DNA from: Rhynchobatus australiae
Lineage: Eukaryota
DNA length: 64,000 bases
Assembly (NCBI GenBank): GCA_034780895.1
Contig: JAUZTB010000063.1
Location: 20,936,431-21,000,430 of the forward strand
Direction: 5' to 3'
Within the stretch, counting starts at the first letter, position 1. The number at the start of each line of letters is the position of its first letter. The notes beneath the pieces are model-generated. The model had not been told where the DNA came from. It saw only the letters and a list, made by a program, of their open reading frames with translations, and did no database searches. The position numbers and the translations under genes were made by a program. Below, one piece after another: positions 13,194 through 25,119 of the stretch.

Positions 13194-13410
13194 AAAACTG
13201 CAGATGCTGAAAATCTGAAACAAAATCATAAAATGCTGGAAAACCTCAGCTGGTCAGCCAGCATTTGTGGGAAGTGAAACAGTCAACGCTTCAGGTCCAA
13301 GACTCATCACAGAACTGAGAAAAGTTCTGATGAGGGGGTCACTGACACAAAATGTTGACTGTTTCTCTTTCCAGAGATACTGCTGGACCTAAAGCATTTT
13401 CTGTTTTTGA
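13194..13410. repeat. Palindromic short interspersed repeat (MITE-like or Penelope-terminus-like)
   Basis: Inverted arms gaaacagtcaac (13276-13287) / gttgactgtttc (13354-13365) and cagaact/agttctg around a 6-nt loop; related arms elsewhere in the window. Confidence 0.75.
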
Positions 13411-13799
13411 CCCAAATATGTTTGTCTTGTACGTTACTGCAAGCTTATAGTTCATTTAACATCAACATGAATTGTGATTAGAACTATTATGTGGCAGAAA
13501 ATAAAGTTTAATTGGAATCCATTTGGTGGTAAGTCAGTCTATTTGTGGCACGTCAAAATTTTGTGGAAATGGGGAGAATCTGTGAATTATGGAACCACTT
13601 TCATTGAGTGAATTATTTCCTGCTGGAGGCCACATCATCAGGCATCTGAACAAGGTAATCCAATGGAGCTGTGTTCGTTAAAGAATGTCTAATCCTATAG
13701 ATATGTTTCATCATATTAATACTTGATTTAGTTGTGCCAATACCATAGCAGGACAGGGTGGAGGTGATTCGGTAATTCTACTGTCACTTGGGCTTGACA

Positions 13800-13905
13800 A
13801 TCAAAAACAGAAACAAAAGCAGAGAATGCTGGAAATACTCAGCACCTCATGCAGCCTTTGAAACAGAGTTAACATTTTAACTTGAAACCCTTTCATCAGA
13901 ACTAC
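13800..13905 (+). repeat. Single-arm copy of the same repeat family
   Basis: gagaatgctggaaatactcagc...gaaacagagttaac...cccttt catcagaact, similar to the left arm at 13230-13316. Confidence 0.65.
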
Positions 13906-15173
13906 AAATAATGAATAAGCAAGCACGTTTTAAGTTGCAGAGAAGGGAGATGGATGGGAAAAAGAAGGGAAGCTTGGTGACCATGCTGGTGGAATTGAAT
14001 CAGCCTGACTTTCTGCACATAACTTATATGTAACTATCCTCTGGTACTCATTGTATTATCCTGCCTTTATCAGGAGAAGTCATTGTAGTTTGTTTAATCT
14101 GCTGTTTAAATAGACTCTGTTTTTTCAATAAGTTGACTTTGCTGCCCAGTCAGCTGCTTGCTGTGAATCACATGTCCCAGCCACCTCAAATTATTGGCTT
14201 GTGCAATGTTGTCAATAAATACTCCATCTATTTCAATGATTTGCAAGTGGTGCCAGTGACATAAAACCAAATGCAAAATAAGCAGTTTTTCTTCTAAAAA
14301 TTGCCATTTTAAAACTATTAAGGAAAACATTCAATTCAAAGTAGACATCTTGGATTGCATTTGTTAAGGAATAATGTCTAACATTATCAAATATTTCTGT
14401 GCTTTTTTTCTAGATATTCGTTGCACATTAACTTTGTCAGCAATGCTTTGGCAGCCTGCTTGCTCCCAGTGGGTGAGTTTTTGGCTCCTAATCATAAGAA
14501 CAGAAACACAAACCCCACCCACTGCCTCCTGCTTGCACTCAGTTGGTTGAGGCCTATATTCTTTCCCTTGCCACTTTGTCAGATCAAGTGTGATGCAGTC
14601 GAAAGGCAGTCTGCTCTGGGGAAAAGTAAAAAAAAATTGCTGTATTCCCTTTTGACTGCCACACCTAAAGTCTCTTTGACGACTGACTTTTGGTAGTATC
14701 TACGCTACTGCCACCTTCCCCATAGAAAAAAATACATGTTTGACTCAAAATCAAATTATCTCCTCTTGACTGAATTTATTTAATTAAAGGATCAGGAAAA
14801 TAACAGTAAACGTCAAGACCGATAAATGTCTCCCACTAGATGATTAAAATCACTAACATTTCATTAGTGAAAGTAAGTCATGGAAAATTCCTTCCCTTTT
14901 TAAACTGTTGTTGTTCACAATGTATTTAAAACACTGTCAAAAAGAAAAAGAATGTCAAACATAGTATGAAGCTGAGGAGTCAAAATGTACTACTGACAGG
15001 AATACGAAGAGCCAATTTGACATCATTTATTATCAGAAAAGCTCTCAGGCAGATCACAAACACGCAATCTGAAACTGTGTATTTGTTGAGTAGTAGCACT
15101 TGGCATTGTAATACTTTTTGTACCTCACTCCAATACAAAGATTTATTTACATAAAAATGTACAAAGGTTCATG

Positions 15174-15295
15174 GGCAGAGTAGTATGGTGGTTAAAGCAA
15201 TAGGCTGATGTGTAGAGACCTCAACTATTCATCCAGAAACACAAGCTCAAATGCCAACACTGCAGCTGGGGAATGTAAATTCAAGTGACTAAATT
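15174..15295 (+). mobile_element. 5' half of a tRNA-derived SINE, split by the following LINE
   Basis: gggcagagtagtatggtggttaaag (A-box-like) ... agctcaaatgcc (B-box-like) ... gaatgtaaattcaa. Confidence 0.5.
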
Positions 15296-15317
15296 AAGAT
15301 ATTTAAATAAGGACAGA

Positions 15318-17128
15318 TGAACATAGAGATAGGAGCAGGAGCAGGCCATCTGGCCCATCGAGCCTGCTCCACCATTCAATAAGATCACGGCTGATCTGGC
15401 TGTGGAGTCAGATCCACCGACCTGCCTTTTCCCCATAACCCTTAATTCCCTTAATATACAAATATCTATCTAACTGTGTCTTATATATATATTTAATGAG
15501 GTAGCATCTACTGCTTCCCTGGGCAGAGAATTCTACAGATTCACTACTCTCTGGGAAAAGCAGTTCCTCTCATCTCTGTACTAAATCTACTCCCCTGAAT
15601 CTTGAGGCGATGTCCCCTAGTTTGAGTCTCATCTACGAGTGGAAACAACTTTCCTGCCTCTACCTTATCTATCCCTTTCATATTTTTATATATTTCTATA
15701 AGACCCCCTTTCATTCTTCTGAATTCCAGTGAGTCTAGTCCCAGGTGACTCATTCTCTCCTCATAGGCTAACCCCCTCACCTCTGGAATCAACCTGGTGA
15801 ACCTCTTCTGCACCACCTCCAAAGTCAGTATATCTTTCCTCAAGTAAGGAGACCAGAACCGCATGCAGTACTCCAGGTGCAGCCTCAACAGTACCCTCTA
15901 CAGTTGCAGCATAATCTCCCTACTCTTAAATTCAATCCCTCTAGCAATGAAGGTCAACATTTCATTTGTCTCCTTGATAACCTGTTGCACCTGCAAACCA
16001 ACCTTCTGCAATTTGTGCACAAGAACTCCCAAGTCCCACTTCACAACATCATGCTGCAATCTTTCACCATTTAAATAATAATCTGATCTTCTATTTTTCT
16101 TTCCAAAGTGGAAGACCTCACATTTATCAACAATGTACGCCATCTGCCAGACCCTTGCCTACTCACTTAACCTATCTATATCTTTCTGCAGTCTCTCCAC
16201 ATCCTCTGCACAATTTGGTTTTCCACTTAATTTAGTGTCATCAGCAAACAGATATGCTATACTCAGTCCCTTCTTCCAAATCGTTAATGTGTATTGTGAA
16301 CAGTTGTGGGCCCAGCATCAACCCCTGCAGCACCCTGCTCATCACTGATTGACAACTAGAGAAGCTCCATTTATCCTAATTCTCTGCCTTCCATTGGTTA
16401 ACCAATTCTCTATCCATGCCAATACATTGCCCCCAACTTCATGCATCCTTATCTTATGGATAAGTCTTTTATGCAGCACCTTATCACCTTGGAAATCCAA
16501 GTATACGTCATCCACCTGCTCCCCTCCATCCACTGTGCTCATTATATCCTCAAAGAACTCCAGTAAGTTTATCAAACTAGACCTGCCCTTCCTGAATCCA
16601 TGCTGTGGCTGCCTGATGGAACCACCTCTATCCAGATGTCTTACTATTTCTTCCTTGATGTTAGCTTCAAACATTTTCCCGACTACAGATGTTGAGCTAA
16701 CTGGCCTATAAGTTACCTGCTTTTTGCCTACATCCTTTTTTAAACAGTGTGACATTTGTTGTCCTCCAATCTGCCAGGACCTGCGCAGAGTCCCGAGAAT
16801 TCTGGTAAATTATCACAAATGTGTCGACTATAACTTGCACCATTTCCTTCAGTACCCTGGGATGCATCCAAAAAAGACCAGGGGACTTGTCTACCTTTTG
16901 GGCCCACTAGTTNNNNNNNNNNNNNNNNNNNNNNNNNNNNNNNNNNNNNNNNNNNNNNNNNNNNNNNNNNAACATTTCTCTTCGACATGATCAACGTGTC
17001 CTCCACCGTGAAGACCGACACAAAATAGTCATTCAAAGCCTTGGCCATTTCCGAATTACCCATTATTAATTCCCCCTTCTCATCATCTAAGGAAACTATG
17101 TTCATTTTAACCATGCTCTTCCCCTTTA
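15318..17128 (-). mobile_element. CR1-type LINE, about 1.8 kb, ORF2 broken by frameshifts
   Basis: YRPVSSTSVVGKMFE...QHGFRKGRSSLINLLEFFE...VYLDFQ and RLHLEYCMRFWSPYLRKDILTLEVVQKRFTRLIP; closely similar in DNA to the 9904-10747 copy. Confidence 0.93.
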
Positions 17129-17134
17129 ATCTAG

Positions 17135-17290
17135 TATGAGTAAAGTCCATCTGGTTCACTACTGGCCTTAAAGGAAGAAAATTTCCCAGTGTTATCCTGG
17201 TATGGCCTACATATGACTCCAGACCCAAAATATGGTGGGAACTTAAATGTTCAGGGAGAACGCAGAACAGAGAATTAACAATGGTCTTGT
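17135..17290 (+). mobile_element. 3' half of the SINE split by the LINE
   Basis: catctggttcact...aggaagaaaat...tggcctacatatgactccagaccca; a related segment occurs at about 52090-52260. Confidence 0.55.
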
Positions 17291-18224
17291 CAGAAATGTT
17301 TCCAATCCATGAATGGACAAGCTAAACAAAAATACACAGTAAGTTCAGAGACTGTGGGCCACTGGTGTGGTAGCAGAAAGATTATGAGTCCAACTGAGAT
17401 GACTGACCACTGGCTGTAATGTTTGCAGATGCCACCATGCCCAATCTTCTGCTCCGTTGCTGAGCTCACCAATGAGCCCAGCAATGAAGAACTAATGTGC
17501 TGGAGAGGGGCCAGATGCAAAGCTTTACACCAGCAATAGTTGGTGTATTGTTGGTCACTGTATTTGAATATAGTTGCTCCCCTAAAGGAATAGGTGTTTT
17601 CATGCTTTTAATCATTTGTCAGCAGTCGAATGTGTTTTAATTACAATTATTTAATATCTTTTTAAAATTATTTAATTCTGCTTGGATAATTAAATTAGTT
17701 CAAACGACTTCAACAGTAATGAGATGTCAAAGGCGTTGAGAGTGCTGTGGTCAATGGGACAATGTTCACATCATCTTGGGGACTGCAGTTCTTCATGAAA
17801 AGTGTAATTAGTCTGTAGAGTCAAGTCCTTCAGCCCACGCATCTGGAAAAGGAAGCCCAGGCAGGTGGGCAACACAGGTCATGAGTCTCGGCAGTGGCTG
17901 GGTTCACAACTATCCAGTTCTATACGTGGAGTCAGCCCAGAGAAGGAGAAGTGTAACAATGGTGATGACAGAGCAGGTGCTGAGCTACCATCAGCTCCAT
18001 GTGGATGTGGGGGGGGGGGAGGTGGTGGGTGGGTGGGGGCAGAGGAATGCTGGATAATGTGTATCTGCAGTTATGGCTCCAAAATCAGATAGGAGTAGCG
18101 CATCACTGCCAGATACAAATGTGACCACAGGCACCAATAGTTGAACCACTATTCAAGGCAGATGGTCAGGCCAGATCTGTGAACAGGGTAGCAGAGGTTT
18201 TGGTGGGTGCCAAAGGCAATGATA

Positions 18225-18585
18225 TCTGCCTTCTCGGTATTTAATTGAAGGAAATTTATACTCTTCCTCTAGGTAGATGCATGGAAGATGTNNNNNNNNN
18301 NNNNNNNNNNNNNNNNNNNNCTCATAGTCTTGAAACAAGAGATAGGCTATTTAGGAGAATTGCCATCTCTTGGAGGGTGGTGAATCTCCAGAGGGCTGTG
18401 GAGGCTCAGTCACTGATTGCATCCACACTGAGATCAATAGATCTTTGGATATTAAAGGAATAAAGGCACATGAGGATGGAGAAGGAAAATGCTGTTGGAG
18501 TAGAAGATCAACAATCATCTTATTAGATTGTAGAGCAGGCTCAAGGGGCCAAATGGCATTCACACCTGCTCCTACTTCTTCTGTT
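18225..18585 (+). mobile_element. CR1-type LINE 3' end
   Basis: HSLETRDRLF...RVVNL-type C-terminal remnant and aggctcaaggggccaaatggc...cctgctcctact tail. Confidence 0.75.
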
Positions 18586-18899
18586 ATTACAGTATACGCT
18601 GACAGGGAAGGATGCACATAACTTCCAGCAATTGTGGTTTTTTTGGAATTTTCATGTACATGATTAAGTTCTGTTTGCTGATCTTCAGGATACAACAATG
18701 ATACAGGCAGTCAGATGTGTGTAAGTGTTTTTCTTGATATTCTAGAACCTTCTGCTCTGGAGCTTCTTGTCAATTAAAAAGGCAGATTATAATTTGACAA
18801 AATTTGAATGGTTAGGTTGAACAAAGTTTCTTGGATGAAAACAGGTGAAGATGAGGTAACAAGTTGATGAGGCAAAGTCCTTCTTGCCTCCATCCCTTG

Positions 18900-19190
18900 G
18901 TGTAATGTGAGAGGGAATATTTTGGGAACGACAGAAGAGGAAGGGGACAGGAACAACATGGGGACTGAGAAGAGAAAGAGGAGGTATGGTGGTGAGAGGA
19001 GGGGAGGTGGAGGGAATAGTGGGACAAAAAAGGAAAAGCACAGGGTACATGCTGGGAGTGAGGAGGTGAGAAGGGAGATCACAACTCCGTCCAAACAGGA
19101 AAAGATAAAGCAAAATCTAACAGCTAAGGAGAATAGAGCACAGAAACAAAGAAAGAGGGTTAGGAGGGAGACAGAGAACCAATAGCACAA
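18900..19190. repeat. Purine-rich (G/A) low-complexity tract
   Basis: About 290 nt strongly biased to G and A on the + strand. Confidence 0.6.
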
Positions 19191-21309
19191 AAACAGCAGG
19201 GATGAGTGAGAGCGTCACTGTATTCTCCAACTTTATGGTGATCAACTAGTTTTACATTGTAAACTTTAGATCAATGATCAATGAGCAATTTCCCTTCCCC
19301 ATTATAAATCATGGCCTGTAAATTTCTTCTCACAGCTCTGGGAAAAACACTGCCATGCAGCTGGAAATGGGCTTAAGCTGGAGCAAAATATAATTCCACC
19401 CATTTCCAGGCCACTTTGCACCTAGTGGGCAATTCAATCCCTGATGTCGTGCAGGATTTCCATTAACACCAGTAAATATTTTCTATTGCAAAACTTCCCC
19501 AGATGACACCAATAATAGCGCAACACGCAAAGTTCACCTCCTGTATAACTTTCGGCCTCCCTGGTCTGAAAAGCAACAGTTGTTATTATGCTCAGAACAA
19601 CCATGATCTCCAAAGCTTGCTCGCCTGAAACCTGTGTTATTGAAAGGGCTAGATCTCTGACAGAGGCTCATACTTGTGACTGGGCTGCTTCGTAGGTGAA
19701 GGTACAGATGCTCATTCTCAACTTCCTGGTCTTGGTATCATTCCAGACTACTGCTATTGATCATTTGCCACAGTTTGCTGCTCATTGCTCCATCACAGAG
19801 GTTTCCCAAGCAGCATTGTCAAACGTAGTTTTTCTTTAGCTCACAGGAATAGGCAGAATGATCACAGGGATTTGCCTGTACTCCAGAATGTAGGCATTCC
19901 AATTCTGCGCTCTTCCAGTGTTATTATTATAGTGGCCTCTTTGGCAATCTCCTGCCAGAAGAACCTGGTTGCAGCCCTAGGATAGAGGATATCCCTCCTG
20001 ACAGTAATCTTCTTCGCTGGCCTGTCCTATGCATTCGGACAAGAAATACACATTAGAAATACTAATTAAAGCTCATTCCTTCATCACTAGTGGGGAATCA
20101 GTGAAACCATTCATAAAATAGCCTAATAGTGTAGGCCATTTGCTTCGCTTATCCAGGGTTTCTGTGGAAGTTACAGAGTCGTGAATGCTGAAACTGACAG
20201 AGGAAATTGGGAGAAGTAGGCAGAAATTCCCAGCAGCCTGGTGAAGTTGCCAACACTTCTTGCAATCTGCAGGAATTGAAAATAAATCTCTAGAACAATG
20301 CTACAGTACCCAGGGAAAAATCGTAGTGACATCAATGAGCAAGGATGGACAGGATTTTTCCCCTCTTTGTTTAAAGGTTTATTTGCTATAAAAACAATGG
20401 AGAAGAGGTACAGGTTGACTGACTGTCAAAAGTCATCCATTTGATTAATTAAGCACCTGTTTGCCCTTGAATCGTCAAGGGAGTGCAGTGGGCCAGAGGA
20501 ATGGTCATGTTGGGCAACCTTGGTGTTTGGAGTCATTTGGTCAAACCATTGGGAATACATTCAATGAGATCTTGCAACTCCACAGCCTGGCCTGCCAAAT
20601 CAAGGAAGGCTGGTTTATGTTTGAATAAATAAACATTCAAATTCCTCTCTTCTATCAAGAACTTTCCCTCTGAACTATTTGCACAAATTATTACCCAAGA
20701 TGTTTTTTCCCAAGAATTCTAATTGTTGATTCAGACTTCAGAACTACTAAAAAATCAAATAGGGAGTTCACCCTCTGTATTGTTTTGATGATTTTCAAAA
20801 AATTATATAAATACATTTTACCATTATTTATTTCAAATCATTGCACAGACCAGCTGCAATTAGCTGAACTTTATACTCTGCATTGAGAAAAATTGAAAAT
20901 AAGTGACTGCAATAAATAAACAGCATCATTTATCTCAACACATCACAGCCTTCTTAGTGTTACAACACATATCCACTTCACAAGTCTACCAGTAAACCAA
21001 CAGCATGAGACTTCAAAGCATGAATGGTTTGGCTGCCTTGAAAACATTACAGATCTTTGGGGACTTGTATAATTAGGAGCACGCTCTCTACATCTTTTGG
21101 TTTGAACCTGAAACAGCAGCCTGAATATAAAGCAAAGGCTGATTGTTTCCACATGGGTCTGTGATACAGCATCTAACTTGGCCTGTTTATGATTTTGACC
21201 AACAGCTTTTCACCTATGAAACCCCGCTGAAACTTGGAAAAGCTTCCTTATAAATTCCAACCGGCTGACTACATGCTGCTTAATCTGATTAAAAAAAAGT
21301 CAGTCAGAC

Positions 21310-21398
21310 CTCAAATACTTCCATTTCTTCCAAGATAAGCTCTTCCTTATTCGATGCATTTTTTGACAAGACCACAATTTTCTGGACCGTTCCCTTAT
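21310..21398 (-). CDS. sema3c: sema3c exon 13
   Basis: ttcag|AT AAG GGA ... TTT GAG|gtctga; (D)KGTVQKIVVLSKNASNKEELILEEMEVFE; 89 nt. Confidence 0.93.
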
Positions 21399-22435
21399 CT
21401 GAAAGACATATGAGAAACAAATCAATTCACCTAACAAAACTTGGTTTAATGGAATCTTAAAATATCTAATTCATTTTGTTTAGAAGGCAATTTTTGTTTG
21501 AACAACCCCATACGGTTTCTGTACTGATTGTTGTTTGTTCTTACCTAGTAAGTGTGAGCAACTTTTGGTGTTAGTGTGAAATCAGCAAAATCTGATTCTT
21601 TCCATTATGGAATAAAGAAAGATAACAGGAGATGTATATATTGGACAAAAAGTCCACCATCACCTGCTTTACACAAGTGACAATTAAAATCCCCCACCCC
21701 AGCCAAAGTGCAAGTTGTGTCTGTGTCCACTTTTGAATGGAAATCCATTGTTATATTCTGCATTGCTTCCAGTGCAGATCTGGGTGGGAGCACTTTAATA
21801 GTGTGTCATTATATCATTATAATGCATTTCTGACTAAGTAGACTATGAAGAGATGTAGGCAATTCAAAGGGGGATTGGAGGGTAAAAGCACTTCCTGCAT
21901 TGGTTCCGGAGGTACACCAACCCAAATGGCAGCCTTTTGTAAGGGAGAGGGAGGAGACACTGGGGAACTACAGTTAATGATAAAGTGAAGACAAATCCAA
22001 GATGCAGTTATGAGTTTGGAAATGAGTCAACAATCCAGCCATTTAATTGTTGCTGAAGTGGAGGTGTTTTCTTCAAAGATGATTATGAAGGAGCCCTTCA
22101 TTCTATAGAACCATGGGTCTGCATTGTAGCATGTCTATGTGAAGGTGGAGGAAGAAATCAGCGTAGGTGTCCCAGTGATCTTCAGTGCAACTTTGCTTCT
22201 AGCTTTCTGATGATATCCTCCTGGCATTATTATATTATAGATCTTTATATTTGGCTGGTAGCATCTTGGTGTGTAAGGGTTGGCAGTATCTCTAATCCTA
22301 CAACTTTCTAGTAACAAAGGAGAAGGTGTATCATTCTCCTAGGTTGAACAAACAAGGTGCTTTCCTCTGCAGTTCCTTGTAGGCCTTGAATGTCACCTTG
22401 TTTATTGGAGTTTAGGTTTTTTTCAGATATCTTAC

Positions 22436-22577
22436 CTGTGCCGAGAAAGAGGACATGATATCTTCCATCTGCAGCCTTCACTTGGTCCACCACTATCTTG
22501 GTGTACTTATAATCAGTATTAATCCTTACAATCAGTGGCCGCTTATTGATCGGATAAATAGAGTTATACATCATGGG
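22436..22577 (-). CDS. sema3c: sema3c exon 12, 3' portion only (5' part missing, replaced by repeat tail and gap)
   Basis: PMMYNSIYPINKRPLIVRINTDYKYTKIVVDQVKAADGRYHVLFLGT G|gtaag. Beyond 22577 the sequence is a retroposon tail, then Ns; the expected CPGG...RNH codons and the acceptor are not visible. Confidence 0.9.
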
Positions 22578-22612
22578 AACAGGCCATTCAGCCCAAATCA
22601 TCCATGCTGACC
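22578..22612 (-). mobile_element. Retroposon (CR1/SINE) 3' tail fragment abutting exon 12
   Basis: Minus strand GGTCAGCATGGATGATTTGGGCTGAATGGCCTGTT matches the tail at 39021-39056 (GATCAGCATGGATGAGTTGGGCCGAAGGGCCTGTTT). Confidence 0.85.
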
Positions 22613-23464
22613 NNNNNNNNNNNNNNNNNNNNNNNNNNNNNNNNNNNNNNNNNNNNNNNNNNNNNNNNNNNNNNNNNNNNNNNNNNNNNNNNNNNNNNNN
22701 NNNNNNNNNNNNNNNNNNNNNNNNNNNNNNNNNNNNNNNNNNNNNNNNNNNNNNNNNNNNNNNNNNNNNNNNNNNNNNNNNNNNNNNNNNNNNNNNNNNN
22801 NNNNNNNNNNNNNNNNNNNNNNNNNNNNNNTCCTCTCCTGCTACTTTCAACTGGATATTTTTAGAAAGTAAATTATAAATGTTTGCCCTGTCCAAAGTGA
22901 ATCAGCTCTTACACCATTTAACAACGCAGTGCAGTGATAAACATTGCTGACAATCTGGAGTTCAAAGTAGCAACACATAAAACATTTAAACAGGCAATGT
23001 ATATGAATACATCATATAAAAAGCTATGGAAAATTTCCCCTGAATGGAAAAACACATACTTTCAAATTCAAAACTGAATCGAAATCCTAGTCTTTTAACT
23101 TATTTTTTAATCCTCTAATTTTGTCAAACTGATGCTCCAAGATTTAACTTTCAATGCTTTGTGTCAAAACAACACAGAACTATGAAGAGAAAACTGTATT
23201 TAAACCTGAGTTTGGCAATTTCAGCTCATAACCACTGGTCCAAATTTTGTTTTGGAGAGCAACTGCTGGCAATGTTTCTGCTATTGCAATTTCCATCACC
23301 TTTGGATCCATGTTTCATTTCTTTATGCATCAAATTACCATTCCTATTTACCATTTGCTATTCCCTGGCTTCCACCCTACAAACATAACCCAATGGTCTT
23401 TCTTCCCTTCTCTGCTGTCCCTGCCTCTGTACTTGCTCAAACCCTGTTATAACTCAAACTTTTT

Positions 23465-23600
23465 CCAGTTCTGGTGAATGTTCTCCAGCCAAAACGTTAA
23501 CTCTCTTTCTCTCTCCCCAGATGTTGCCTGACCTGCTAACTATTTCCATCATTTTCTGTTTTTATTCCAGATTTCCAGCATTTGCAGTATTTCTCTTTTG
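23465..23600 (-). repeat. Opposite-orientation arm of the palindromic repeat family
   Basis: agttctggtgaa...aacgttaactct...cagatgttgcctgacctgct...cattttctgtttttattccagatttccagcatttgcag. Confidence 0.7.
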
Positions 23601-23869
23601 AAGCTGATGACAAATAGTGGTTTTAGGATTCCTGAGACACAGGAAATGTAATTTCTGATTAATGTGTTTTTCACATTTGTATTATTTTTGCAAAGGCAAT
23701 CAGCAATGAACAGAAATTTGTTGCTTTAGGACTTATGGACTGAATTAGATGACACAATGCAACATTGTGGATTTAAGACCCTAAGTATTTTTGATGGTTA
23801 TAAGCAAATAACCACTTTTGTAATATTTAGATACTGGCGGTATTTAATGGGTATCCTATGGTTATGGAC

Positions 23870-24430
23870 ATATTTTAAGGAATGGGCATTCAGGTGTCCT
23901 TTGTCCTGACAGATTACCATGAAAGAATATTTGAGATGGAGAGAATTCAGTGAAGATTCACCACATTGATTCCTCGGATAGAAGAATTGATATATGAAGA
24001 GAGATTGGATCAATTAGGTTTATATTCATAGAGTTTAGAAGAAAGTTTAGATGTGAGAGGAGTTCACATAGAAATCTACAAATTCTAACAGAAATGGACA
24101 GATTAGATGCAGGAAGGATATTCCCAAGACTTGGGACCCAGAACCAGGGTCACAGTCTAAGGATAAAGGTATTCCAATCAAAACTGAGATGAGGAGAAAT
24201 TTCTCCTCCCAGAGAGTGGTAAACCTGTTGACTTCTCTGCCGCAGAAAACAGTTGAAGCCAAACAATTAAATATAGTCTAGAAGGAGTTAGATCAGACTA
24301 GAGAGATCAAGGGATATAGAGAGAAAGGTGGAAAACAGAACTGAAACTGGATGATTAGTCATGTTCAGATTGAATAGTGGGGCAGGCTCGAAGGTCGAAT
24401 AACATACGCCTGCCCCTATTTTTATGTGTC
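23870..24430 (+). mobile_element. CR1-type LINE 3' part, degenerate
   Basis: tatgaagagagattgga..., aaactgagatgaggagaaatttctcctcccagagagtggtaaacctgt, and gcaggctcgaagg tail. Confidence 0.8.
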
Positions 24431-25119
24431 AAAAAATATAGACTGGCTGAAGGAAGGCTGTCCTGTAAGCAATGGACATGGTTCATGGAGATTGCTCCTG
24501 TGGATAATTTAGGACCACTTGACTTGGACTGATTTTATCAAATCCAAATCTTTTTGCTACTCATTTTTATTGGAGCCAAANNNNNNNNNNNNNNNNNNNN
24601 NNNNNNNNNNNNNNNNNNNNNNNNNNNNNAAGTTTCCAATGAATAAAAATATTAAATGTATTCTTAAAAAGAAAGGAAATGTTGTTATAATACTTTGAAC
24701 AGAATATGTTTTCTCTCCTAATTCTTAGTATTATTTTGGTTTTTGCTTAGAATTTTGAATTTATTCAGATTGCCTGTGTCAATTAATACAGCAATGTATC
24801 AAGGACCCTTTCAAAGTTCAAACTGACCCAAAGGGGCTAAGCATGGATCTATCAGATTTTCATGAACTGAGAATGTCTGGTTTGGGCTTTGGATAAATGT
24901 GTGTACCAAATAATTCATGTCATTATGGCAGTAGATTGATTGGAAATCCAGACAGACAACTGAGAAAGTTAAGTTTGCTGAGGTGAAAGTGAATTTGACA
25001 GCTGGTTTCCTGTACAAGTAATATCTGAACACATAATAATCATAAGTGAACCACATTTTTCACTCTATATCTAGACTTGGACTGTTCTCATCAAATGGAA
25101 TGCCAAATGCTCTGCTTTG

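Noticed and set aside
18774-19190. Overlapping hydrophobic and charged ORFs
   Set aside because: They result from purine/pyrimidine bias, which suppresses stop codons.
22578-22612. SAWMIWAEWPV as a lineage-specific sema3c peptide
   Set aside because: It is the in-frame translation of a retroposon tail that also occurs near 39021.
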